A DNA stretch of 49,069 nucleotides, the filler included, from Catajapyx aquilonaris (Eukaryota), in the NCBI GenBank assembly GCA_000934665.2. It is 3 parts of 3 records of this genome, joined end to end, with 100 filler letters (N's around TTAATTAATTAA, not from the genome) between each part and the next. Parts side by side here need not be neighbours in the genome. Positions count along the whole stretch, not along the records: positions 1 to 16,270 come from JYFJ02007245.1; 2 more parts are not named here. One strand, given 5' to 3'. The translations under genes were made by a program, and so were the position numbers. Under the pieces are notes generated by a model that did no database searches, was not told where the DNA came from, and saw nothing but the letters and a program-made list of their open reading frames with translations. Below, one piece after another: positions 1-10,775 of this stretch. Numbering within the stretch: position 1 is the stretch's first letter; the number at the start of each line of letters is the position of its first letter.

Positions 1-210
1 AACAGGATTCCAACTTCCCAACGTTCTTTTCGCCTCCTGTGGCCAAGGATGACCTCGGAGGTCAATTCCAATGTGCCTATGTTATTCCCGGTAAAAACCT
101 ACCCCTGGTGATACCCCTGGGGCATATGTGGAGGCCTCCGTATGGATCTGTTTAGGTGACAGACAGAAAGACAGACAGACAGATATAGGTCTTGAAATAT
201 GTATTAGATG
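1..210. mobile_element. Helitron/Helentron (HINE/DINE-1-like) end fragment
   Basis: (ACAG)n microsatellite at ~158-182 followed by an AT-rich ...TATTAGAT end, an arrangement typical of non-autonomous rolling-circle elements. Truncated by the window edge. Confidence 0.3.
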
Positions 211-685
211 GTTATTGTTAGGGTCAATTAAATAAAAAAAACATAACAAGAAGAACTATATGGTCGAATTTTCGTCCCACTTACTGATAACTTAGCAGTA
301 TGCACCTTTGCCAAATCTGACACTATTAATAAGTTAGCAGTAACTAGCAGTGGGAAGAAAATTCTGCTCCTATAGTTTACACCCCTGGGGCAATAATTAT
401 TGTGGAAGGTCTCAGATTTGAATAAATATTGCATTTGACCCGAGAGATGAACATTACTGATGGAGATAATTCCTTCAAATACTCTCACTATAGCACTGCA
501 TAAGTAAGATTATAAATGCTGATATCTAGACTATAGCGTTTATGACTTCATGCCTTCAGCTCTCATCAGCTGACTCCATACTCCACACTCGAAAATGATG
601 TATAATGTCACTGGAAATGGGTCGGTTGGGACAGGGGGGGGGGGNAGGCAGGTTACGCAGTGCCTATGGGCGACATATAACTTAC

Positions 686-809
686 ATTGTGCATTGCATT
701 GCGCCGCATCATCGCCTCTAGCACCCACGGCCAGTCCCAGGATCAAGAAGAAGACGACAGTCACGATGGTCATCATCCAGGTCAAACTAGTAAAGATATT
801 CTTCGTCAT
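686..809 (-). CDS. First coding exon of a secreted or membrane protein (signal peptide); remaining exons not identified, probably beyond the window start
   Basis: Acceptor TTCGTCCCTCCAG at ~828, Kozak-like TCCACCATG, then MTKNIFTSLTWMMTIVTVVFFLILGLAVGARG-DDAAQCNAQ (hydrophobic core and A-R-G cleavage site). Strong GTAAGT donor at 685 (phase 1). Confidence 0.6.
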
Positions 810-3334
810 GGTGGATCAGAGGCTCAGCTGGAGGGACGAAGAGTAGTACGTTATTAGGTTCAAGAGAGGTGTTGAGGCACTCCCGATCAGATCAGACTCA
901 GAAGATGCAATGAGCGGAGGTACTCAAGAGAGCTTCTTATATAGCGTTTGTGAAACATTACATCTGCAAATGGAACAAAAGGAATCAGCAGATGCTCGAA
1001 ACAGATGTGCTGATCCAATCCATCTCTATTCTTCTCTTTCTTTCCACGTTGAGAATAAATCAGAATAAATCCAACTCCTTTCATTTGTTCGGAATGTATT
1101 TGAATGACAAAGGATTGAATTCACTATCTTTCTGAAGATGCTCAGCTTGTGATGCAAATTGGATGGGTGATCGTCGATGGAGTGCAAGATGTTGTCATCA
1201 TCAGACGAGACAATTCGCATGGTCGTGCTGACTCTCTCCGTCCTCTGACCGTCGTCATGCTCATGGCCATGGCCATGCTGTTGACCTGGAAAAGGGGATG
1301 AGGGCTGTCCTAACCTTCCAAGTCCTACATCATGTCATGCTACATGTCATGCTGTTGACCTAAGCACCCCCTCCTCCCCTGCACCGTCGGCATGTTGTCA
1401 TATACTGTGTATCAGTGTCTCTGGTTTCAGGAGGGCACATACTTCGGAGCGTTCATAACAGGGTCAAGTATAATAATAGTATTGTAATATACAGTACGAG
1501 TACTTGGACGTCACAGCCCGTGTGACATTTTCTGTCACAATCAAACTGGTTCGGATGAAAACATATAGAGTTCCAACATGATGTACTCTATATATCGCTC
1601 AGAAATATGGAGACGATATTGCATTGGGTTTCAATGCAATATCGTCTCTACGTTTTCGAGTGATGGAAGTACACATTTCACATTTTTAAAAGATTCAGGC
1701 TGGGATACGGCCGTCACATCACCAACATGAAGGGTGACCACTTACAAGACATTTGGGTCAAGTCTCTCGGCATATTCAGGATTATATTATCCAGACAAAT
1801 ATTATTGAGTGATTCCTACCAGACTTTATAGACCCAGGCGGGACACGTTCACATGTGTATTATTAATATGGTGGGTAATGTCCCCTCTCATCGCCTCGAT
1901 TTCTGTTCGTTCCCACCTCATTAGATGTCACATCAAATGGAACAAAGATACACGTGTTCTTGTTCGTTGCTGCCTTTCCTTCGAATTATGTATCCAGACA
2001 AATTCTGGAGAGATAATGGCATATGAATTATTAATACAGTACTTATACTCTCTTCAAGGATATTGGAGAACAGACTGCTGATACACCTGCTATATGCGCT
2101 GCCAGCTGTTTCATTTCCACATCCGAGCAGGCAAGTTACTGAGGCGTACGTTGCCCATATTTCTCAATGTCGAGAAAATTCGCAGTGTCAAGGTTGTGGG
2201 GGTCATCAATGCTCCACACTCTTGTCCATATGATCAGCTCAAGTAGGTTTATGCATAAGATTTTTTTTGTCACTAATTGTCAGCATAATAAATGACTCCA
2301 CATTCAAAATAAGGGATCGTTTGATCAATAATATTTCAATGGTGCAGGTTACGTTTTTAAATAATACATCTGGAGATCGTGCACAACGATTAGAGCCGTA
2401 TATGACTGACATCGATATAATTTTGACGGTTTTGATTTATGGGACGAATCTTAAGTTTTTATCGCCGGATGTGTCATCTGCTGCGCATTGTGTGCGCGTT
2501 ACAGACATTCACGTTATATGATTTGAAGTTCTAGCCGACTGGTCAGAACGACAAAGGTGTGATACCTCATTGGGTATAGTATATCATTTTTCCCGTCTAG
2601 TAAAAAAATTATCAGGCGGCCACTGAATGCAAATGGGCCACTACTTCCCAGTGGTGTTCAGTTGAACATCGCGGACTTTTTAGAAAGGTGATGAGTCGTG
2701 ATGCGCAGGACGTCGTTGCGATTTTAGATAGGCAAATATTTTCTCAAAAAATATGAACGTGGATCAGTAATAATATAACAACCTTTGTCAGGCACATTTA
2801 ATGAGAGGTTCCAGGTTTGGGATCATTGGGTTCTGACGCCTCTTTAGCCTTCTTTTGGAAAGAACTGCATAAATAACATATTGTGGCTGTTTTAACACGA
2901 TCATTTTCATGTTGTGCGGCTCTTTGAAAACTACCTGAATGCGTTCTGGCGATGTTTTTGCACAACAAGATTTTTAGTGTTTGAGGTTAACATTGTATAT
3001 TATCTGCATACGTATAAAAGGGCACAAGTGGGACAACAAGTACATAATTATATAAGGCCTAATATTTTACAATATTAAGCAGTGCGAATAGTTCAACAAG
3101 ATTTATTGTATCTTGATACAGTTGTGAACTGGGTTGTCTGAGTGCATAGTTGCTGCGTGTACTGTACAATAAATCCAAGTTACCTTTGATATTTTATACA
3201 GACAAAAATTCAAGGAGTCGAGAGTTTCCTAATTTAGGATATATTTAACTAACTTTTAGCCTGTAACTGTTTATAGTGTGGTTTGCAACATTGCACTGCA
3301 CCACTGACACCTTATTGTCTTTGAAAAAAAAACG

Positions 3335-3681
3335 GCTGTACGTTATTCGCAACTCGTTAAAGTACTAATTTGATAACTAGGCAATATTAAATTATTATGA
3401 ATCAGGAGTGTAACTGCACATAAACATAGAACTATCACAAGCATGTTTGTCAACGAGTAAGCAAAATAATTGTGAAGTGCAAAATAGTATCACAAAATTA
3501 TTATTTTCACAGTCTCAAAAGGTTTGTCCCGCCATATACTTCCATGTGCTTCCATGCATGGGCTTTGTATTGGGCTATAACAGACCTCGGCTATTGCAAA
3601 CTGATCCTCGCGGTCCATTGAAGTCTGCTGTTATATCCGGAGTCTACTGTAGTTCATAAAAGTTATAATGTGACTAGAGTA
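3335..3681 (+). repeat. ~345-bp duplicated block X, copy 1
   Basis: High identity by eye to 15581-15931; partial diverged copy at 5838-5950. Confidence 0.9.
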
Positions 3682-4898
3682 CTGCAAACATGAGTTCTCT
3701 GGTGCACTCTTACATGAGCCAGTAACGAATGTCTTTTGCTGAAGGACTTGTTGCAAACGCAACACACGAGTTCACCACCAGAGTCATGGGAGGAAGCGTG
3801 AAGCTGCAGCCTATACTCTGAGAAGAAGGACTTGTCACATCTGGAGCACTTGTGGGGCTTCTCTCCCTGATGGGATTCCTTGTGCTTGCTCAAAGATCCC
3901 AAGTTCTTGTATATCTTGCCACAAACATCACACGGGAAAGTATTGTGGGCATGTCTGTGGGCTCCGGCCTTCTTTTCCTCATCAAAAACCTTTCCACAGA
4001 CCGGACAAGGGAAACAAGTCTGTGCCTTCGTGTTCTCTTGATTAGCCTTTGCCTACAAAAAATGACAGCAAGAAATAATTGAATGGGTTAGTGCCATAAC
4101 GTGCTAAGCCACAAAACCTTCATTCTGAGATATGGGCTTTCAAAAGTTTGGCTTAACATGGCAAATCATACAAAACAAGGAACATTATTCGTGATTTTCT
4201 CGTGATCTATGGGGAATTTTTCTAACTACGTGATGCTCACTTGTGAAGCACGATGGTGGGACTTTCAGACACGTGCAAGCTCAAAAAACACAAAAGTGTG
4301 GCTTAGCACGTTATGGCACTAACCCCTTCAATTATAAAAAGACGACTTCTGCAGGATCTTGTCACAACAACTGGTTAAAAATCCACGTGACCTTACATCA
4401 CCCACCTTTCCCTTCTCCAGACTCTTGTCTAAATATTTGTGCTTGACCATCCTGAAACTCTTCAGAATTTCCATTCTGGAAGAAGCGTCTGGCTCTGGCT
4501 TGACACTGCGACAGTCAAGATCAAACCACTGTCGGCAGCTGCATTTTCACCCGCACCCGCCTCTTCATGTCCCACTTGCGGCTGAAATTAAATGCATGGA
4601 GGGGCTCATCATCAGGACGGAAATGAGCAGTCCTCTGATCTGCTCTCTCATATCGTACCTTACAGGCCGCTTCATAATAACTAATGGAGACAATCAACAT
4701 GCTTACAGTGGCCACCCTGCCTTCGTCTTCCTCCATTTCCACCCTGTCTTTAGCGCCTGAAACGTATCGTTCAAAGAAGCCAGGCCCCTCTTCCTCCTGG
4801 TCAGGCGTCTCCTCCTTGATCCTCAGGAGCCAAGTCTCCTCCGTCGTCATCTCCTCGTCCTCATCCGCTTCCTTCTTGATGGTCTGGGTCAACGACAT
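3681..4898 (-). pseudogene. C2H2 ZNF paralog A, inverted 5' half (exons 4898-4707, 4581-4406, 4052-~3681)
   Basis: Same exons and splice sites as paralogs B and C ([30 protein letters not shown]). A 2-nt insertion in exon 2 (ACTGTCGCAGTGTC vs ACTGTCAGTGTC) shifts the frame. The finger array is cut after HQRTHVC and abuts block X. Confidence 0.85.
4081..4329. mobile_element. MITE with ~33-bp TIRs and AATT flanks (possibly Sola1-type)
   Basis: GAATGGGTTAGTGCCATAACGTGCTAAGCCACA ... TGTGGCTTAGCACGTTATGGCACTAACCCCTTC, with AATT on both sides. Absent from the homologous intron of paralogs B and C. Superfamily inferred from the AWWT-type TSD only. Confidence 0.8.
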
Positions 4899-4980
4899 GG
4901 CCTTTGCCTGCTCTTCCCCTGCCTTCTTCGCAAACCACCAACCTTTTCCAAGAAACTCGCCAAAAACAGTGCGAATCAGA

Positions 4981-5472
4981 GGACATAAGGGGACAAGGTC
5001 AGAGAGAAGGTTCAAGTGCACTGTGTGTGGAAAGGCATTCACTAAGAAGGGTAATTTGGAACAGCATGGCATGACTCACACTGGGGAAAGGCCCTTTGAA
5101 TGTGACGTGTGTGGTGCGAGGCTTTTCGTTGGGCGAGTAGTTTCAAAGCGCATAACTTGCTTCGCATGGAAGGTGAATCTCATGTTTGTGGAGAATGTGG
5201 GAAATGCTACAAGTCCAGAAAGTATCTTTACCTGCACAGGAGGAGACATCACATTCCACAAAAACCGATCAAATGCCTCTATTGTGATAAAGCTTTCAGC
5301 TGCAAGAGCTATGTAGAGGCCCACATTCGGCAGAGGCACACTGGGGAGAGGCCTTACGCTTGTGACATTTGCGGGAAAAGATTTGCAAGCAGACCAAATA
5401 TCACCAAGAGCTATCACGCAGCACGTCAAGGTAGTACATTGTAAGGAAAAGCCACTCAAATCAAGCAAATGA
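4981..5472 (+). pseudogene. C2H2 ZNF paralog A, 3' half with frameshifts
   Basis: [38 protein letters not shown], a frameshift at ~5118, then [36 protein letters not shown]. The downstream ~190 nt resembles the 3' flank of paralog C (13117-13320). Confidence 0.85.
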
Positions 5473-5837
5473 AGAAATTGTTTCGAGTCTAGCTCAGGAA
5501 CAAACAGTCACTGATTCATTATGATGAGAGACCTTTCCTATGTCAGTGTTGTGTCAAGGTTTCTAAAAGACTAATACCTTCTCAGGCTCAAGAAAAAGTG
5601 CTGCGATTTCCGGCAGAATGGAACGTATTCAGGGCAGTTTGAGTAAATGTTACGAAAAACGTGGGAGACAATCTCTTATTATTTCACTTGTAATATCATT
5701 CATTGGGAATAGGATCAAAACTCCCCCCCTCCCTGAACCGCTTTCCCTTCTTTTAACTCGTCTCTTTTACAGGTTGCTGGCAAAGTGCTGGCTGTTTTAT
5801 CGACTAGATCTGGAATTTAACTAATTAAATTGGACAT

Positions 5838-6070
5838 GGTCTTTCTATTGGGCGATAACACACCTCGGCTATAGCAAGCTGATTCTCGCTGTCCATTGAA
5901 GTCTGTTATATCTGGAGTCTGCTGTAGTTACAAAAGAAGTTAATGTGACTATTACGTGATTGTATAATGCGACCAGTGCGAATAACACTTAATAACAATC
6001 AAATAATTATCACCAATATATTCAGATATAGTAAACAATGTATGTCCATCACATTGCATTGTAATAGTTT
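5838..6070 (+). repeat. Diverged partial copy of block X plus flank
   Basis: Aligns by eye to 15809-16045 (CCTCGGCTAT..GTCCATTGAAGTCTG..AATGTGACTA..AAATAATTATCA). Confidence 0.8.
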
Positions 6071-6166
6071 TCGTCGCATTTTGTTGCAGCAGCGAGTAGC
6101 AGTGATTATGGTAGCAGCTACATTCGATAGCGCATAACCAGCTCCCTCTTCCCGTCTGTTCTTTTC

Positions 6167-6208
6167 CAGGCGTCCGAATGCACCCTCTCCAAAATCCAAG
6201 ATGGCGTC
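6167..6208 (+). promoter_or_regulatory. Putative promoter motif upstream of ZNF-B with a YY1-like CAAGATGGCG
   Basis: CAGGCGTCCGAATGCACC..ATCCAAGATGGCGTC. The same motif lies on the minus strand at 15455-15491, upstream of the chimeric locus D. Confidence 0.45.
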
Positions 6209-6982
6209 CCTCTGAATAATTCTCTTCGCTTAGACTCGTTTCGTCTGCGGATTTCCTCTGATTCGCACTGTTTTTTGGCGAGATTTGGCAGGTTGGTGGT
6301 TTGCGAAGAAGGCACCTGAAGGGCTCCCAGCCTTTGTCTTGAGCGAGGCACATTCCATGCGGACTGTTCAAGAAAGTGTGAAAGGTATTCTTGCGTCGGT
6401 GTTGTCGTCTGTGTGGCCTTGGAGTGACCGCACCAGTTCTGGCCGGGCAACGGAACGTTATTTTGACTCTGCCCTGCTCTGCCAATCAATAAATATGTAT
6501 AACGAACAGGTGGCCTACCAGGCTTTTTCCTCTAACTATAACTCTAGCTAAGATTAGCAGTTGGCAAAGCCACACTAGCGTTCGTTGGCCTGCGGTGCAC
6601 AATGAGGACCGCATTGTCATTGGCGGATACAAAACCGGTCGTAAATGGCTATCTCGCTATTGCTCGCATTGAACTTAAATAATAATGCAGGGCGACGAAC
6701 TGTGCCTGGCAGGGCCACAACAAAGGACAGTACAGTTGCCATTGCATAAGGCCATACAGACAACACCAACACAAAGGGCAGCCTAGAAGAGAGTGCGACT
6801 CATCATTGACACTGTTTGCGCCTTTTGCTGCGTCCCCATGGAATAACGGAGAGGAATAGAAAAGTACAGCGTAAAACAGTGGGATCAATGCATGACAATG
6901 TCAGATTGCTGCATCAAGTGATTTTCATCGTTGCACTGCATCTGCTGCAGCAAATGCCTTCTTTTCATCCATTTTCAGGACC

Positions 6983-9235
6983 ATGTCGTTGACCCCGACC
7001 ATCAAGAAGGAAGCGGGTGAGGACGAGGAGATGACTACGGAGGAGACTTGGCTCCTGCGGATCAAGGAGGAGACGCCTTCCTGCCTGGAGGAGGACCCTG
7101 GCTTCTTCGAACGATACGTTTCAGGTGCTAACAGTACAGAAGTGGAGGAAGATGACAGCAGGATGGCTGTGGTAAGCATCTAGATCATCTCTGTTACTTA
7201 ATCAGTCAGGTTATGAGAGAGCATGATGTGGGATCAGATCATAACGACGTCCTTAATGTGACGATCAACTTATCCGTATACATTTAGTTTCAGTTGTCAG
7301 CAGGACATGACGAGGAGGAAGAGGGTGCGGGTGAAAACGTGGCTGCGGACAGTGGTTTGATTTTGACTGTCAGTGTCAAGCCAGAGCCAGAAGCAGTTAA
7401 AGGTCCAAGCACAATGGATATTCTGAAGAGCTTCAGGATGGAAAAGCAGAACCATTCTGATGAGAATCTCAAGGAGCATTTGGTGAAAGGAAAGGTGGGT
7501 CACATAGCATTGAGAGCAGAATGTATTGTTAACCCTTTGATGCCTACGTTTGGTTTTTGAACTAGGAGAGCTATCGTTTACACAAAAATGGTGCAATTTG
7601 TGTCTCAAACTGCTCCTACCACCCTGTGGAAGGGGTCTCAACTACCATGGCGTATGCTAATCAGTTTTCCCGCCTCCCAGAGGGAGCTAAACATACCCCC
7701 TCCCACCTGAAAGTTTTTGACAACATGCGACATCTGGACTCATAGTAATTTCTCAAAGTACATTGTTTTAGTAGTATTATGCAACCATTTAAAAGTTTAA
7801 ATAAATTTAATTACATGTAAAGTAAATTGCATGTTAACTTTTTTTCTGGAACACCCTGTAGATGAACTTTATTGGCATTTTACATTCAAAAGGACCACCA
7901 TGAGTTTAAATGATAAATATTGGAGCATATTGTTTTTCATTAATATTACTGCTACTAGGATTTTTTTCCCTAAAGAGACTAAAACGGCCAAAAAAACTCA
8001 GGCATCGAAAGGTTAAAAGTGTTATGCTATAATTTTTTTTGTAGGCAAGCGCAAATCAAGGGAGCATGAAAGTGCAGCCTTCTTTCCCTTGCCCCATCTG
8101 TGGAATGGTTTTTGATGAGGAAAAGAAGGCCAAAGTCCACAGATGTGCCCACAGTACTTTCGTGTGTGACCTTTGTGGCAAGGTATACAAGAAGTTGGGG
8201 TCTCTGACCAGCCACAAGGAATCCCATCCAGGAGAGAAGCCCCACAAGTGCACCAGATGCGACAAGTCCTTCTTCTCAGAGCTCAGGCTGCAGGTTCACA
8301 CTTTCTCCCATGACGCTGGTGGTGAACTCATGTGTCGCATTTGCAACAAGTCCTTCAGCAAAAGAAGAAAATTTTTGGCACATGAAAAAGTGCACCAGGG
8401 AATTCATGTTTGCAGAGTGTGTGACAAGGCATTTAGATGCAACGCTGACTTAAAGAGGCATGCAAGTGTACATGTTGAAGAGAAACTCTTTGCTTGCGAT
8501 GTTTGTAACAATAGATTTAAGTGTGTGAACACCTTGAAACGTCACAAGAAATTGAATCATGCTGAGCAGACACAACGATTAAAATGCAAATTCTGTCCCT
8601 CCACCTTTAAGAATGAGGAATACCTCAAACATCACTTGAAGATGCATGCAGAGACAGGCTCAGAGAGAAGGTTCAAGTGTACTGTGTGCGGAGAGGCATT
8701 CACTATGAAGGGCAATTTGGTAAGGCATGGTTCTACTCACACTGGGGAAAAACCATTTGAATGTGACGTGTGTGGGAGGGCTTTCGGTCAAGCAAGTACT
8801 TTGAAGAGGCACAAGTTGCTACACATGGAAGATGAATCTCATGTTTGCACAGAATGTGGCAAATCCTTCAAGTCCAGATATGCTCTTTCTCGTCACACGA
8901 GGAGACATAAGATTGCACCAAAACTGGTCAAATGCCCCCATTGTTCTAAGTCTTCCGAAGCAAGTGTGAAGCAGAGGCCCACGTTCGGCAGAGGCACACT
9001 GGAGAGAGGCCTTACACTTGTGATGTTTGCGGGAAAAGATTTGCAGGCAGAGATAATGTCAGAAAGCATGTCAGGGCAGTACACGGTAAGCTTCTCATGG
9101 TTGGTTGGTTGGTTTTCAAAGAAGTCCAGAGGTGCGCCTTCGAAGAAAAAAGCAGCCTTTCCATACCGCGGATTGTCCTGCTCGCAACAAACAGCATTGC
9201 CATCGAATGACTCTAGCAAATTAATGTCACAATGA
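6983..9235 (+). CDS. C2H2 ZNF paralog B (exons 6983-7171, 7294-7494, 8045-~9235); 10 intact fingers, 12 if a 1-nt deletion at ~8951 is corrected
   Basis: GT-AG phase-0 introns join the acidic N-terminal exons in frame to the 8066-9235 ORF, with TGEKP-type linkers. Adding one T in TCTTCC restores SFRSKCEAEAHVRQRHTGERPYTCDVCGKRF, as in paralog C. Confidence 0.85.
7533..8012. mobile_element. piggyBac-type MITE in intron 2 of ZNF-B
   Basis: TTAA|CCCTTTGATGCCT ... AGGCATCGAAAGG|TTAA. This accounts for the intron being 550 nt versus 78 nt in paralog C. Confidence 0.8.
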
Positions 9236-9425
9236 AGTACCTCGGGGGTAAATGAGCCGCATGCAATGGAGTCTCTTGCCACCTTTGCACACAAGTAATG
9301 GCCGAAATTAATTCGCATTGTTGTGGGATAAATCGGAGAAGACTTGCAACGGTACACCGACAGGCAGCGCCATCTGGACGCGTGAAGCTGCCCCACATCC
9401 GCCCACATCCGCCCACATTGCACCC

Positions 9426-9856
9426 AATATTGCCAATGTGGCGCCGATAATCCACTATATTGGCTAAATAATAGTGGCAATATTGCCAATGTGGCGCCGA
9501 TATATCCACTATATTGGCTAAATAGTGGCAATATTGCCAATGTAGCGCCGATAATCCACTATATTGGCTAAATAGTGGCAATATTGCCAATGTAGCGCCG
9601 ATATATCCACTATATTGGCTAAATAATAGTGGCAATATTGCCAATGTGGCGCCGATATATCCACTATATTGGCTAAATAGTGGCAATATTGCCAATGTAG
9701 CGCCGATAATCCACTATATTGGCTAAATAGTGGCAATATTGCCAATGTAGCGCCGATATATCCACTATATTGGCTAATTAGTGGCAATATTGCCAATGTG
9801 GTGCCAATCAAGCCGATATTTAGCCAATATTGGCCCAATATAACTTGCTACCTGGG
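9426..9856. repeat. Minisatellite of ~8 copies of a 50-54-bp palindrome-containing unit, ending in a possible transposon terminus (TTGCTACCTGGG)
   Basis: Unit TATTGCCAATGT(A/G)GCGCCGAT(A/AT)ATCCACTATATTGGCTAAAT(AAT)AGTGGCAA. Confidence 0.9.
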
Positions 9857-10775
9857 ATAATGTTATTCGTCAGAGCACTTCTAAAAAATTACTGCTCATC
9901 GATTATTTTTGTTCCATATCGCTACGTGATCGACCAAATGAGTGCAGACGAAGAGCGTACTTCTTTTGGTCGATCAACGTGCATCAGGTAATTATTAATA
10001 AGAGCAAAAACATTCCCTTGAGTGAAAAAAAAGGGTAGTGAGACCTTCCGCGGCGCCTTCACCAATTGATTTAAGCTGTACCATAGGTCTTACTCAAGCA
10101 ATTCTGAAGCATCATGCGTAATGGCTCGTACATTAGTTACAGTAACACTATGTTATACTAATTATATTAGGTAACAAATAAATAATTATGATTGCTTAAT
10201 GGTTATATGTAGTCTATTATATTGTATAACTGTTACGTAGCTATTATGACGAATAATTGTTATGCAGCTATTATATCACTGTATGATAATAATTGTGAGC
10301 AACATTTTACGACAGATAAATTATGATTATGACCAATATTAAATTTGTTCCGATGAAATGTTTATTCGTGTTGGTTCAGAGCTCTTTAAGAATAGCAGCT
10401 CTTTCAAACTGCTAAGCGATTTCTGTCCCGTAGCTACTTGATCGCAACGCCGTTAGGAAACAAATGAGTGGCGTCGAGCGTTCCTCTTTTTCTTCGACCA
10501 ACGTGCTTCATGTAATTAATCATTATTTTTGTTAATTAGGTGTCGATTTGGCCTATAATTTCGTGGTCGGAAGTCGAAGAGGAAGGCGTGGGAAGACGGG
10601 AAAGGTAACGACCACTGTAACCAGTTGACATGTGGTAACAAACCTGGACATAAACAAACCTATACCTTGGTCACTATTGCCAGTGTTTATAAATGGTCAT
10701 GAAATTGATGTGAAATTATGCCGCCGAATCTGCTGCAAGTACACTTTGAATTGATTTTTGACTCTTGGCAGGACC

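Noticed and set aside
1026..1286. His-rich minus-strand exon (GQQHGHGHEHDD) as a ZIP/CDF transporter loop
   Set aside because: No transmembrane exons nearby; it may simply be 5' UTR of the gene starting at 809.
4521..5316. 183-aa and 210-aa ORFs as real chimeric proteins
   Set aside because: They read through the inversion junction and introns of the broken paralog A.
8893..9838. Long minus-strand ORFs (215, 160 and 106 aa)
   Set aside because: They are translations of the minisatellite and the antisense of ZNF-B.
9426..9856. CRISPR-like array of palindromic repeats
   Set aside because: The units are contiguous with no unique spacers, there are no cas genes, and the context is eukaryotic.
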